Below are positions 26,259 through 37,268 of a DNA stretch of 64,000 bases, piece after piece (position 1 is the stretch's first letter; each line of letters starts with the position of its first letter). Location of the stretch: contig CBDCPT010000001.1 in assembly GCA_965220395.1 (NCBI GenBank), forward strand, positions 1,652,933 through 1,716,932, in the 5' to 3' direction. The DNA comes from Arenicellales bacterium. Its GTDB lineage: Bacteria > Pseudomonadota > Gammaproteobacteria > Arenicellales > JAJDZL01. The notes under the pieces are model-generated. The model saw only the letters and a program-made list of their open reading frames with translations. It made no database searches and was not told the origin of the DNA. The translations under genes were made by a program, and so were the position numbers.

Positions 26259-27542
26259 TTACGAATTGATCAATTCCTCGATAATTCTGGCGGCTTTCTG
26301 GCGCCCGTCGGCGGCTTTCATGTGGGTGCTGGTGCGCTTCAGCCGAACATGCATCTCGTTATCTGTCAACAGAGTTTTCAAGGCTGAAATAAACTGTTCG
26401 CCGCTCCAGTTGGATCGATGCATTTTAAGTCCATGACCGGTTTCCTGAACTCTGGTGGCGTTGTCATGACCATCCCACACATAAGGCATGATCAATGCTG
26501 GCTTTCCAAAATAAAGGCACTCGGTAAAACTGTTGTTACCACCATGATGAATCACCGCATCCGACTGTTTAATGACCGAAGGTTGAGGGTACCATGACGA
26601 TATTCGAACATTGTCCGGAATCGAGTTGTATTGCTCTTCGTAGTCTCCGATATTGACCAACACTCGATAATCCTGTTTTCCCAAAACATCAATCATGCGT
26701 TTCAGCAAATCGGTATCACCCGAACCCAGTGATCCGAAGCTGAGATAGATCAACGGCAATTCGTTTCTGCTTCCGAAATCAGGTACTTCATACTCTTTTT
26801 CTGAACGTACGCAGCCTTCCAGATATTGATATTGCTGTGGATCTAGCGAATTCTTTCTTGAGTATTGAAGCGGTTCTGGATAGAGCAGAAGATTCATGTA
26901 TGGCGAGGGTTCAAAAAATTCACCAATCGGATATGGCGACTCGCTGCAAGACTCAAGAAATGCATTGAAGTCATCGTGGATGGGCCGGATAACTTGGTTG
27001 AAATGGCTTCGATAAGCTTCAAAACCCTCGCGATCATTTTCCCCACATCCTGATAGATGCGGCGGGATCCATGGATCGGCGATTTCGTTTTCGCTACAGG
27101 AAATGATTCGAATCCACGGCACACCGTATCTCTTGACGGCTGGAAACAGAATTACATTGTCAATGCAAATCAAGCCCGGTTTCAGATCACCCAGTACATT
27201 CGGTAAATCTTTTTCTGCCCATTTTGAAGTATCGACAATGGCTTCCCAGCATTCTTTCACATAATTGTCGATCTGCTCGTACGGTGAAAGGTTGAAATTC
27301 GGAATATGTCCATTAATGAAACTTGACCAGTACTTGGCCATCTCTTCGGATGACATGGGTTCTGACAGATTGACGATTCTCACTTCAAACCCGTAATCCT
27401 CGAAAACTTCTGCGAATCCTGGATCCGACAGGAATACGCACCGATAGCCCCGGTCTGCGCAGGCCTGTGCAATTCCTACGGAATTCAGTGCCGGTCCAAA
27501 TGCGCCTTCTGGAAAAAAAGCGATTACTTTGCGTTCATCCAT
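26259..27542 (-). CDS. Glycosyltransferase, GT1 (UDP-glycosyltransferase/MGT-like) family
   Basis: HHGGNNSFTECLYFGKPALIMPYVWDGHDNA is the C-terminal nucleotide-sugar binding signature. Confidence 0.7.
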   Translation of the reverse strand: MDERKVIAFFPEGAFGPALNSVGIAQACADRGYRCVFLSDPGFAEVFEDYGFEVRIVNLSEPMSSEEMAKYWSSFINGHIPNFNLSPYEQIDNYVKECWEAIVDTSKWAEKDLPNVLGDLKPGLICIDNVILFPAVKRYGVPWIRIISCSENEIADPWIPPHLSGCGENDREGFEAYRSHFNQVIRPIHDDFNAFLESCSESPYPIGEFFEPSPYMNLLLYPEPLQYSRKNSLDPQQYQYLEGCVRSEKEYEVPDFGSRNELPLIYLSFGSLGSGDTDLLKRMIDVLGKQDYRVLVNIGDYEEQYNSIPDNVRISSWYPQPSVIKQSDAVIHHGGNNSFTECLYFGKPALIMPYVWDGHDNATRVQETGHGLKMHRSNWSGEQFISALKTLLTDNEMHVRLKRTSTHMKAADGRQKAARIIEELINS

Positions 27543-27984
27543 AATGTGATTTCTCAGTGCTTTGGGTTAAAGATTCATCGACTGCTGGTACGACTAGAAT
27601 CGAATCCATCTGAATTTCTTGAACTATTCCAGAGTCCGGCTTCGTCAATATCTGAAATTGAATTGGTCAGGCTTATATACTTAACCAAATGTATATTCAA
27701 GTATCTGATTGATTCCATCGACCTGATGAATTTTCCTTCCTGCAACACCAGAATCGACAGCAAACTCTGTACGATGAGCGCACCAGCTCTCAATGCAACG
27801 CCAGATGTCCAAAGCGTAAGTGATCCCACTCCAAAACCGCAACCGAATACTTTTCCGGTTCTGCGAAATAGTGTGAGTGCATGAGTAGAGTTCATCGCTG
27901 TTATAAAATGAACGCCTATATGAAATTGTTCCAGCATCGCTGGTATTCCGCTATTCCTGAATGATCAGGCGCTGATAAATTAAA

Positions 27985-29238
27985 TTGTCCAAACTGCACA
28001 AACTATTCATTCGCCTACTTTTGCCAATGGCGATAGTCGGAGCCGGGGTGGTCGGATTCAAACTTCTCGCACTCGATGAGCCGGAAGCGGTATTTGAACT
28101 ACCCGAGCAACGTGCATGGCTGATTGATACCCAGCAAATTACAAAAGAAATCCTCATTCCTACAGTCGAACTGTTTGGACGAGTCGTCTCTCCTACTCAT
28201 TCCCGACTGACTTCCATACTGGACGCAGAAGTTATTGAAGTCAATGTCATGACCGGGCAGACCGTTGAAGCGGGGGAAGTGCTGATTTGTCTTGATTCAC
28301 GAACCATTCAAACTCAATTGCGTCTGCTGCAAGCCGATGTCGCAGGAATCAACGCGTCGCTTGAAAGAGAGCATCAAAGAGTGACAGCAGATAGGGAAAT
28401 TCTGCGACATGAAAACCGATTGCTCAAACTTGCCACAGATGCGATGGGAAGATCCAGAACTCTCAAGAATAGAAATCTAATAAGCCAATCCGAATTTGAT
28501 GTTACCGAAAGAGTGGAACAGCAAGCACGCCTCGCAGTGACAGCTCGCGAAGCTGCAATCAGAGAATATGACAGTCGAGCTGCCGTTCTGAAAGCAGAAC
28601 TTCAAAGAGCACAGGCATCACTTGAAAAAGCGATGCAGGATTTGGAAGATACTGAAATTATCGCTCCATATGCAGGGCGAATCACTGAAGTTCATGTCGC
28701 TGCCGGAAATCATGTAAGGAACGCTAGCCCGCTTGTCGACATGTTCGACCACACCACAACAGAAATTCGAACGTTAGTTCCAAATCGTCATCTCGCTCAG
28801 GTGCGCAAGTCGATTGCGGGCGAGATTGAACTTGAAGCTATCGCTGAACTGGATGACGAGCAACTGCAGTTGAAATTGGACCGATTGGCGTCAACCGTCG
28901 GTACAGGTCACGGCGGAGTGGATGCTTACTTCCGTATGTCTTCGAATTCCATCTATCCCGAATTAGGGCGATCCGTTACAGTTCTCCTATCACTAGTCCC
29001 GGTAGAGGAAGCCTTAGCCATACCTTATCAGGCCGTTTATGGATCCAATCAGGTCTTCAAAGTGGATTCAGATTCCTTGAAGTCGGCGACAATCAAAAGA
29101 CATGGACAAGTAGTGCGTAACGACAAGACCTACATCGTTGCAACCAGTTCTGATCTAGAGGCTGACGACTTAATCGTCACCACACAGTTGAATAATGCTG
29201 TTGACGGTTTGAAAGTAGAAATCTCTGATTCAAAGTGA
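27985..29238 (+). CDS. Efflux RND periplasmic adaptor (HlyD/MFP family)
   Basis: An N-terminal anchor, coiled-coil hairpin region and beta-barrel C-terminus. It lies immediately upstream of the RND pump gene. Confidence 0.8.
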   Translation: MSKLHKLFIRLLLPMAIVGAGVVGFKLLALDEPEAVFELPEQRAWLIDTQQITKEILIPTVELFGRVVSPTHSRLTSILDAEVIEVNVMTGQTVEAGEVLICLDSRTIQTQLRLLQADVAGINASLEREHQRVTADREILRHENRLLKLATDAMGRSRTLKNRNLISQSEFDVTERVEQQARLAVTAREAAIREYDSRAAVLKAELQRAQASLEKAMQDLEDTEIIAPYAGRITEVHVAAGNHVRNASPLVDMFDHTTTEIRTLVPNRHLAQVRKSIAGEIELEAIAELDDEQLQLKLDRLASTVGTGHGGVDAYFRMSSNSIYPELGRSVTVLLSLVPVEEALAIPYQAVYGSNQVFKVDSDSLKSATIKRHGQVVRNDKTYIVATSSDLEADDLIVTTQLNNAVDGLKVEISDSK

Positions 29239-29278
29239 TATTTAGCCGGACGAGTGATCGCCCGGCAGTCGTGTAAAG

Positions 29279-32200
29279 ATGGAAAAAAAGGGCATTCTGG
29301 AAATATTCGCTACACATCCGGTAGCCATGAATATTCTCATGGTGGTCATTCTAATTGCTGGTGGATACGTCGTTTTTAATATAAACGTTCAGTTTTTTCC
29401 AGCCTTTAATCTCCAGTTCGTCAATGTTTCAACCGAATGGCCTGGGGCTGCTGCTGAGGACGTCGAAATATCCGTCACAAATCGACTGGAACTCGACCTA
29501 AAAAATCTCGATCATCTAAAAAATATGACTTCCACTTCCTATTTAGGCGGCTCGCGTATTTTACTGGAGTTTGAGCAGGGAGCGGATCTCAGAGTCGCGA
29601 GTGACGATACACAAGCCTTGGTTGATCTAGTCATTCCGGATCTGCCAGACAACGCAAAACGTCCAGAAGTATCCCAAGTCAAGCGATATGAACTCATCGT
29701 AAGAATGATCGTTACCGGTCAGTCTTTGGATCAGCTACGTGTTCTGGCAAACCAATATCGAGATGAACTATTGTCTCGGGGCATTGGAAAGATCAGTATT
29801 GTCGGCTTGCCAAATGAAGAAATCGCCATCCAGATTCCCAGGCAAGTACAAAGGGATTTGGGGTTGTCTCTGAATCAATTCGGGCAGCAAATTCGGTCGC
29901 AATCTCAAGATACGTCAATTGGCCTTTCCGGTCGAAATGATGCAGCGAGACAGCTTCGCATTCTTGACCAAAGGCGAGATGAGATCGCATTTGAGGATTT
30001 ACCAGTCATCGCCGACACGGATGGGCGCTTGATCACGCTTGGCGATATTGCAACCATAGAACAAAGACCAAAGTCTGACCAGGTTTTCCTCAGCTACAAA
30101 AACAAGCCCGCAGTTGAGCTGCAGCTCAGCCGGCAGGAATCAGGTGACACCCTGAAGAGCGCCGCGATTGTGTACGAATGGTTGGAAGAAACTCGACCTC
30201 TCATACCACCAGACGTAGAACTGAACCTCTTTGAAGATAAATCCATTGCTCTACGCGACCGAATCAAAGTACTGGTTGACAACGGAATCATCGGATTAAT
30301 TCTCGTGTTGGGCGTACTGTATCTGTTCTTGAATACGCGAATTGCTTTCTGGGTAGCCATCGGAATTCCTGTAGCACTAATGGGCGGGATAAGTCTGCTT
30401 TATGTTACAGGCGGAACGCTTAACATGATTACGCTGTTCGGATTCATCATGACAATCGGAATCGTCGTGGATGATGCGATTGTCGTCGGTGAAGAGGCAA
30501 TGACGAGATTCATAGAAAATCCATCACCCGCAGATGCAGTAATCAAGGCATCCAAGCGCCTATTTTTGCCTATTCTAGCAGCATCGCTGACAACCATATT
30601 TGCATTTGTGCCTGTAATGATCCTGTCCGGTATTATCGGTGCTGTGTTGTATTACATCGGGCTCGTGGTGATCTGTGTAGTCGCTACTTCTTTGGTCGAG
30701 GCGTTTCTGATACTGCCCGGTCACTTGCGATCTAGTTTTGAGAAAATTTCAACAAAATCAAGCGCGATAAATGCGCCCCTAGTCGATCGGTGGTTTTTAA
30801 CCTTTCGAGATCGTTGGTACCGCAACATGCTCAGTTTCGCAACTGACAACCCAAGCATCCCAATTTCCGTCGGATTCGCATTATTGATTCTAACTGTAGG
30901 TCTGTTCGGATCGGGGCGATTGCACTACAGTTTCTTTCCGACACCGGAGCTGGACCTTGTGTATACCAACCTCAGCTTCAATGCCGGCACGCCAAGAAAA
31001 GTTGTTGACGAATACCTCGTAAGCGTAGAGGAAGCACTATTCGAAACAGAAGCCGAACTCGGAGGCAATCTGGTTACTACTTCCCTAGTGATACATGGGG
31101 CGAAGTTTGCCGCTGAGTCAGAAGCACCCGCTGTTGGCGGTGCAAATCATGGAGCTGTTGTCGCAGAACTCAAGCAGTCAGATACACGGGAGGTGCGCAT
31201 AACCAAATTTCTTCGTACTTGGCGTAGCAAACTGGAATATGTACCCGGGCTTGAAACCGCGGTAACAATCAGTCCAACCCCAGGGCCTCCCGGACGAGAC
31301 ATTGAAGTCAAGTTCAGCGGTGCAGCAAAGCACATCACAAAAGACGCGGCACTTGCTTTAACCGAACATTTGCGCCAGATTCCAGGCGTATATGCCATTG
31401 AGGATGACACCAGCTATGGACGTCAGCAGCAGATTTATTCGCTGACGTCACTAGGACAGGCACTAGGACTATCAGCCGCTGAAATAAGTCGACAACTTCG
31501 TTCTTCAATTGAAGGTGAATTACTGCAATCTTTTACTGCTCAGTACCACGATATCGAAGTGACTCTGATGTTGCCTGACGAGGAAAGGCATCAACTCAGT
31601 GAACTCGAGAATGTCCATATGATACTGCCATCAGGGGATTCGATCCCTTTACTGGATGTTGTCGAAATTCAATCCAACAGAGGATTTGACGTATTACGTC
31701 ATTCTGAAGGTGTATTCTCCGTTCAAGTCAGTGCCAGCGTAGATAGTTCGGTCGCAAATACTGCTGAAACCATGAATCGGCTGGAAGCTGAAGTTCTGCC
31801 GAAGATTGCCAACGAATATGGTGTCAGTTGGTCAGTTGGCGCACGTCAAACTGACCAGGAACAAACCGAGCAGTCCATGAAAACAGGTGCGCTAATCGCC
31901 GTTGCGTTAATCTATCTGACGTTGGCGTGGATTTTTGGGTCCTATAGTTGGCCTTTATTCGTTATACTCGCCATTCCATTTGGAGTCGTCGGTGCAGCCT
32001 GGGGGCATCTGTTTTTAGGACTCTCGTTTACGATCATCACGATACTTGGATTGATTGGATTGTCTGGAATCGTGGTAAATAACGCGATCGTACTGGTGGT
32101 TTTCTATAAACAGAACCGCGATGCCGGCATGGACGTCAAGCAAGCAATGGTCGAAGCGGGTTGCCAGAGACTACGGCCCGTCATTCTCTCTAGTCTGACT

Positions 32201-32416
32201 ACAATCGCGGGGCTGTTACCGCTGCTGTTCGAAAAATCGACTCAGGCACAATTTCTCATACCTATGGCCGTGACACTGATTTTCGGACTTGCATTTTCAA
32301 CTGTACTGGTGCTGTTTTTCATACCGGCGGTACTGGCACTCTACGAACGAATTGCGGCGCGATTGCGCACGGATGAGGAAGAGATTGTATTGGATGAGCA
32401 AGGCGAACGGATTTGA
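29279..32416 (+). CDS. RND efflux permease (AcrB/AcrD/AcrF family)
   Basis: 1045 aa with a 12-TM architecture and two large periplasmic loops. Motifs typical of the family include GIVVDDAIVV and GIVVNNAIVLV. Confidence 0.9.
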   Translation: MEKKGILEIFATHPVAMNILMVVILIAGGYVVFNINVQFFPAFNLQFVNVSTEWPGAAAEDVEISVTNRLELDLKNLDHLKNMTSTSYLGGSRILLEFEQGADLRVASDDTQALVDLVIPDLPDNAKRPEVSQVKRYELIVRMIVTGQSLDQLRVLANQYRDELLSRGIGKISIVGLPNEEIAIQIPRQVQRDLGLSLNQFGQQIRSQSQDTSIGLSGRNDAARQLRILDQRRDEIAFEDLPVIADTDGRLITLGDIATIEQRPKSDQVFLSYKNKPAVELQLSRQESGDTLKSAAIVYEWLEETRPLIPPDVELNLFEDKSIALRDRIKVLVDNGIIGLILVLGVLYLFLNTRIAFWVAIGIPVALMGGISLLYVTGGTLNMITLFGFIMTIGIVVDDAIVVGEEAMTRFIENPSPADAVIKASKRLFLPILAASLTTIFAFVPVMILSGIIGAVLYYIGLVVICVVATSLVEAFLILPGHLRSSFEKISTKSSAINAPLVDRWFLTFRDRWYRNMLSFATDNPSIPISVGFALLILTVGLFGSGRLHYSFFPTPELDLVYTNLSFNAGTPRKVVDEYLVSVEEALFETEAELGGNLVTTSLVIHGAKFAAESEAPAVGGANHGAVVAELKQSDTREVRITKFLRTWRSKLEYVPGLETAVTISPTPGPPGRDIEVKFSGAAKHITKDAALALTEHLRQIPGVYAIEDDTSYGRQQQIYSLTSLGQALGLSAAEISRQLRSSIEGELLQSFTAQYHDIEVTLMLPDEERHQLSELENVHMILPSGDSIPLLDVVEIQSNRGFDVLRHSEGVFSVQVSASVDSSVANTAETMNRLEAEVLPKIANEYGVSWSVGARQTDQEQTEQSMKTGALIAVALIYLTLAWIFGSYSWPLFVILAIPFGVVGAAWGHLFLGLSFTIITILGLIGLSGIVVNNAIVLVVFYKQNRDAGMDVKQAMVEAGCQRLRPVILSSLTTIAGLLPLLFEKSTQAQFLIPMAVTLIFGLAFSTVLVLFFIPAVLALYERIAARLRTDEEEIVLDEQGERI

Positions 32417-32450
32417 GCATCCGTTTGACACTATAAATTTGTTGAGACGA

Positions 32451-33323
32451 TCAGAAATTAAAGACTACCGACATGGGTTTATGATCCGAACCGTCTGCCT
32501 GTGAATCAATTCTTGCTGAACGAATCTTATCGCTGAGGGTTTGACGCACGAAACAATAATCCATACGAACTGCCTTACCACCCCTTTCTGCGGTAACTCC
32601 CGACATTAACCTGTTTCCGGCCGCGACCCAAGCATCCACAAATCCTTCGGGGCTGACGACTCGTCCTCCGTAATCGGACATTGGTCCTACGATGCGGCTG
32701 TATTCGACCGAATCAGGAGTGAAATTGAAATCGCCTAGCAGGATCGACTCCCGCGGCAATGATGAAGCGTCTGACTGTTTGGAAAAATCGGTGCCTTTTG
32801 CTACGCCGGAAATCGGACCACCTTCTCTCACCGCTTTGCGATCGATTTCAAGAATTCTTTTGATCTGCTTCAGGCGGACTTCAGCGCTGATGTGAGTAAG
32901 ATGGATCGAATACACCCGGACTTTCTTGCCACCGATGGAGATTACACCTTCCAGCGCGCTTCGTTGAATACTGAGCGGCCTGCCGGTAGAAGCCACCTTA
33001 GGCAACAAGTGATTTCTTGAAGTGAGTATTGGACTGCGCGACAGCAACATATTCCCAAACTGCTGCCGGCAATGCCTGATTTTGTTATTTGGAAGAAGCC
33101 TGTCCGCATGAATATCCACCCCTGCACCATAAACCCAGTGATGAAAATTTAATCGGTACGCAAGCTCTTCAACCTGATCCGTGCTGCCGGAACGGGGGAA
33201 AAATCGTTCAACTTCCTGCAATGCAATGACATCGGCGTCTTGCACCGTTCCAGCAATTCGGCCCAGATCTATTTTCCCGTCAAGACCGCGTCCATACTGA
33301 ATGTTGTACGTCGTGAACTTCAA
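32451..33323 (-). CDS. Endonuclease/exonuclease/phosphatase (EEP) family protein
   Basis: MKFTTYNIQYG..., ALQEV, GDFNF and SDHKP motifs. Confidence 0.8.
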   Translation of the reverse strand: MKFTTYNIQYGRGLDGKIDLGRIAGTVQDADVIALQEVERFFPRSGSTDQVEELAYRLNFHHWVYGAGVDIHADRLLPNNKIRHCRQQFGNMLLSRSPILTSRNHLLPKVASTGRPLSIQRSALEGVISIGGKKVRVYSIHLTHISAEVRLKQIKRILEIDRKAVREGGPISGVAKGTDFSKQSDASSLPRESILLGDFNFTPDSVEYSRIVGPMSDYGGRVVSPEGFVDAWVAAGNRLMSGVTAERGGKAVRMDYCFVRQTLSDKIRSARIDSQADGSDHKPMSVVFNF

Positions 33324-33351
33324 AACAATTTTTCCAGATTTTCCAAATCAA

Positions 33352-34143
33352 CTAGTGTGGTGTAAATTCTGCGATGCCCAGCATGTTTTCTCCCGGGTCC
33401 GCAATTACTGCATAGCGACCAACTCCGGGTTCGTCGACGGGACCGAACACTACAGAACCTTTGAGACGACTACACTTTGCCAAACTGTCATCGACGCTTT
33501 CTACTCTGATATAGGGTGTCCACAATTCTTGACCAGCTGTTTCTTCAACTCTCGAATGCATGCTGCCAACTGGAAAATCATTCAACTTGAAAAGGAAATA
33601 GGGAATATCACCTGACGACATTTCCTCAACTTTCCAGCCAAAAACAGAGCCATAGAAGCGGGTTGCCGCTTTGGTGTCGGAGGTAGTCAACTCGAACCAA
33701 TTCAGCGAACCAGGTACATTTGTGATTCGAGCGCCTGAATGCTTCATGGGCTGCCACAAATGAAAGGCGATGCCTCGTGTATCCATGCACTGTGCCAGCC
33801 TGCCAGCCTGTCCGACATCCATCGGTTCCATTCTGACCCTGCCACCAGATTCAACAGTTTTTTCAACAGCCTTGTCAACACTTTGAACAATAACATAGGA
33901 ATACCAATTGCCTGGCATTCCCTCCTCAAGGGGCTCGACTTTCGGTGCTATGCCTGCTACGCTGGTTGCTTCAGGCGGATTAGCAGACTCATCCAGGCAA
34001 GCGAGTGAGTACACCATTTCACCATCAATGAACTGGTCAATAAAATGCCAGTCGAACATTCCAGAATAAAATTTCTTTGCCAACTCCCAATCCAGTACGA
34101 AGACATCGGCCCAATTGAAACGATCAAATTTCATAGTGCTCAT
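33352..34143 (-). CDS. VOC (glyoxalase/bleomycin-resistance/dioxygenase) family protein, two tandem domains
   Basis: Two repeats of the beta-alpha-beta-beta-beta module pattern (FYSGMFDW... and FYGSVFGW...). Confidence 0.7.
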   Translation of the reverse strand: MSTMKFDRFNWADVFVLDWELAKKFYSGMFDWHFIDQFIDGEMVYSLACLDESANPPEATSVAGIAPKVEPLEEGMPGNWYSYVIVQSVDKAVEKTVESGGRVRMEPMDVGQAGRLAQCMDTRGIAFHLWQPMKHSGARITNVPGSLNWFELTTSDTKAATRFYGSVFGWKVEEMSSGDIPYFLFKLNDFPVGSMHSRVEETAGQELWTPYIRVESVDDSLAKCSRLKGSVVFGPVDEPGVGRYAVIADPGENMLGIAEFTPH

Positions 34144-34224
34144 TTGTTACGATTGTTTACGCAATTGAATCTGGCATGAGCTCTTGATCTACAGTCAAAT
34201 TCCAGATTTCGAGTTCGCTGCAAT

Positions 34225-34575
34225 TTGCAAAAAGCAGTATACAGAATAAATAGAGCGCTCCGCATTGGCTTTCGATTTGACTGTCAAGTTGCTGGGGAAG
34301 ACACCAATATTTATCTGTCACTAGGAGAAACGGCATATGTCGATAATGAACCATCCCCATCCCGGTGCCTGTTTGAACGTTACGATTGTCTTGAGCCTTG
34401 GGGTATAAGTGTGATCCAATTCGCACAAAAACTCGGCATATGCTGTAAACAACTTTCGGTTATCGAAAATTATCGTTCAAGAATCTCACCGGAGATGGCA
34501 ATTCGTCTTGACAAGGGGTTCGGTGGTGATACAGAATCTTGGTACCGACTGCAAGCCACTTTCAAGTTAGCCTAG
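34225..34575 (+). pseudogene. higA: Decayed higBA locus: a HigB C-terminal remnant fused by frame changes to a HigA-type HTH antitoxin
   Basis: AVYRINRALRIGFRFD resembles the C-terminal strand of HigB/RelE. An AGGAG-ATG start (34337) gives MSIMNHPHPGACL (canonical HigA N-terminus), then stops. The HTH part (LEPWGISVIQFAQKLG...ISPEMAIRLDKGFG...W) is in another frame. Confidence 0.6.
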
Positions 34576-34845
34576 GCGATGAAATATACCATTTAAAACA
34601 TGGTCACGCGACTATCGCCAGTGTCGTGATAGTCGACCTGAAACTAAGCACCTAAGAAAAGATGAGCAGAGAAAGTCTCTATTCTGGCTACATTTTACAC
34701 TTCATCTTCCGAATAACAAAAAAATACCATGTTGAATACATTGTGGAATTAGAATCTACAAAGACATACTGTAAAATGTTCCAACAATAAAATTACATAA
34801 TTTGCGGGAATTTATTACTATCCCATCTATTAAAGGAACAGTAAT

Positions 34846-35589
34846 ATGCTCAGTCAACAACTCCCCATTTTTCATGAAGAAAAATTTAAATGCCCTTACT
34901 GTAAAGTGTTCGCAAAGCAAGAATGGACGGATGCCGGAAAATTGTCAGCGGGTTTTAAATGGATTGTCGGGCAAACGTACCTTAGCTACCGAGAAAATTT
35001 TTCTGACTACGCCCAACCGACCGTCACAAAATTTTGCGAAATTCTAACTAACAGTCTAACTAAACATGTGAACAGCCTCATTACCAATAAATTGAGTTTT
35101 TCAGTTTGCCAAAGTTGTTCCGAAACATCAGTCTGGCACAATAAAGATAGGATCTACCCCAGACTGACGTCTTTCCCGGACCCTAATGGAGATATGAATG
35201 ACGAAATTCAACAATATTATCGAGAAGCTGCGCTGATATATAAAGATTCCCCGAGAACTTCAGCCGCCTTATTGCGTTTGTGCGTTGAAAAATTGTGCAG
35301 GCAGGTCGGAGAGAAAGGCAACCTAAATCAGTGCATAAGTAATATGGTGAAAAATAAAGGGTTGAGTAAGCAAATTCAGCAAGCTTTAGATTACTGTCGA
35401 GTTATTGGTAATAATGCCCTACATCCAGGCGAAATGAAATTGAAGAAGATATCGACAAAGTTTCAAGTCTCTTTTCTCTTAATTAATGACATTGCTTACG
35501 AAATGTTAACCAAACCTAAAGAAATGAACGAAAAATATTCTTCTCTCCCTCCAAATACTCTACAACAAATTCAAAATAGAGACAAGTAA
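34846..35589 (+). CDS. Zinc-ribbon plus DUF4145-domain protein
   Basis: CPYCKV ... CQSCSE are four Cys in two CxxC pairs. The C-terminal helical domain carries AALLRLCVEKLC...YCRVIGNNALHPG, the DUF4145-type signature. Confidence 0.65.
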   Translation: MLSQQLPIFHEEKFKCPYCKVFAKQEWTDAGKLSAGFKWIVGQTYLSYRENFSDYAQPTVTKFCEILTNSLTKHVNSLITNKLSFSVCQSCSETSVWHNKDRIYPRLTSFPDPNGDMNDEIQQYYREAALIYKDSPRTSAALLRLCVEKLCRQVGEKGNLNQCISNMVKNKGLSKQIQQALDYCRVIGNNALHPGEMKLKKISTKFQVSFLLINDIAYEMLTKPKEMNEKYSSLPPNTLQQIQNRDK

Positions 35590-35669
35590 TAAAATCGAGT
35601 ATTGAAAAGTTTGGTAGTCAACGGATACCGTTAAATCGGAAAAAACATGCGGCTGAAGCCAGCCTGGAT

Positions 35670-37268
35670 GTGTTTCCAGCAGTACCAAATCCAAATGTAG
35701 GAGAGCGGCCTACGGAATATGCTGACCGAGTTGGTATGTGGTATGTCGAACAGAAATCCAATGAACACCGTAAGGAACACGGTCTTTATTTGACATCTGT
35801 AATCGTCGCTGACTACATGGCAGAAAAAATTCAGGTAAACGAACCAAAGCTTCGGATTCTGGATCCAGCCGCTGGTAGTGGAATTCTCTGTTGCGCGGCA
35901 GTTGAGTCGCTTATTTCTCGTAATCCCAAACCCACTACAATCGAGTTGGTCGTCTATGAGGTTGACAAAGGCATAATTAATTATCTTCAAGTCGTTCTCA
36001 AATATCTCACCGACTGGTGTGAACGTAACTATAGAGTTAAAGTTTCTGTTAGCGTGAAAGCGGTTGACTTTATCATTGCAAACGCCGAGGTGTTACAACT
36101 CCAAACTGAACAAACCTCCGATAGAACAGCGAAGTTGGGATTTGATGTTGTTATCTCTAACCCTCCATATTTTAAGATCAATAAAGGCGATCCTCGAGCA
36201 TCTGTCGTATCCACTGTAGTTCATGGTCAGCCAAATATATATGCGCTATTCATGGCGGTAAGTGCGGTGCTTTTGCGCAAGCGTGGCGATTTCATCTTCA
36301 TCACGCCTCGGAGTTTTACATCCGGGTTTTACTTTCAACAATTTCGCGCATTTTTCTTCAATTTAATTTGTCCGATCGCGGTGCATGTGTTTGGATCTCG
36401 GCGAGAAGCATTCAGTCGAGATGATGTTCTACAGGAAAATATCATTCTCTTCGGCAAACGTCAGGAGAACTGGTATCGAACCGAGAGGAATTTTAAAATC
36501 AACATTTCGTCTAGTCGTGGTGTATGCGACATTAATGAACGGACTTGTTCAAATGTTTCGATCAACTTGGTTCTTGATCTGAATTCACAGGACATGGTGC
36601 TTCGTTTACCTCTCAGTGGAGAAGAAGATGTGTTGAATTTGGTAGATTCTTGGCCGTGCACAATTCACAGTCTCGGTCTAAAAATTTCAACCGGACCCGT
36701 CGTACCCTTTCGAGCAGCGACGCTTGTCGATAGGGAAGGAGACGTTCCGGTCAGTCATGTGCCTCTATTATGGATGAACCATATACAAGCAATGAAGACC
36801 ACTTGGCCACTTTTTCGACACAAGCCAGAGTATATAAAGCGATTGGGAGCCGAAGCACTTTTACTGCCAAACAAGAATTACGTGCTCCTGCGTCGTTTCA
36901 GTTCCAAAGAACAGCCGCGCCGACTGACTGCGGCTCCATATCTGGCAAAGGCCTTAAATACTCCGGAAGTGGGATTTGAGAATCACCTGAACTATATACA
37001 CCGACCGGACGGTCAACTCTCCTACGAAGAAACCCTTGGTTTGGCAATTCTGTACAACAGCCGCCTGCTTGACACGTACTTCCGAGCCGTAAACGGCAAC
37101 ACTCAAGTGAGCGCCACTGAACTGCGATCTATCCCATTGCCTGCCCACAAGACAATTGTCGAACTTGGTCGACGAGTGAAGCACCTTTCTGACCCCACAC
37201 AAGATATCGACCTACATGTCATGACATTATTGGGGCAACCGGAGTTAAAGGAGGTATCCCTTGGCTAG
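35670..37268 (+). CDS. N6-adenine DNA methyltransferase (gamma class; PstI/BsuBI-type partner); start uncertain
   Basis: ILDPAAGSGIL (motif I) and VISNPPYFKI (motif IV, NPPY). It overlaps the REase gene by 8 nt. Confidence 0.85.
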   Translation: MFPAVPNPNVGERPTEYADRVGMWYVEQKSNEHRKEHGLYLTSVIVADYMAEKIQVNEPKLRILDPAAGSGILCCAAVESLISRNPKPTTIELVVYEVDKGIINYLQVVLKYLTDWCERNYRVKVSVSVKAVDFIIANAEVLQLQTEQTSDRTAKLGFDVVISNPPYFKINKGDPRASVVSTVVHGQPNIYALFMAVSAVLLRKRGDFIFITPRSFTSGFYFQQFRAFFFNLICPIAVHVFGSRREAFSRDDVLQENIILFGKRQENWYRTERNFKINISSSRGVCDINERTCSNVSINLVLDLNSQDMVLRLPLSGEEDVLNLVDSWPCTIHSLGLKISTGPVVPFRAATLVDREGDVPVSHVPLLWMNHIQAMKTTWPLFRHKPEYIKRLGAEALLLPNKNYVLLRRFSSKEQPRRLTAAPYLAKALNTPEVGFENHLNYIHRPDGQLSYEETLGLAILYNSRLLDTYFRAVNGNTQVSATELRSIPLPAHKTIVELGRRVKHLSDPTQDIDLHVMTLLGQPELKEVSLG

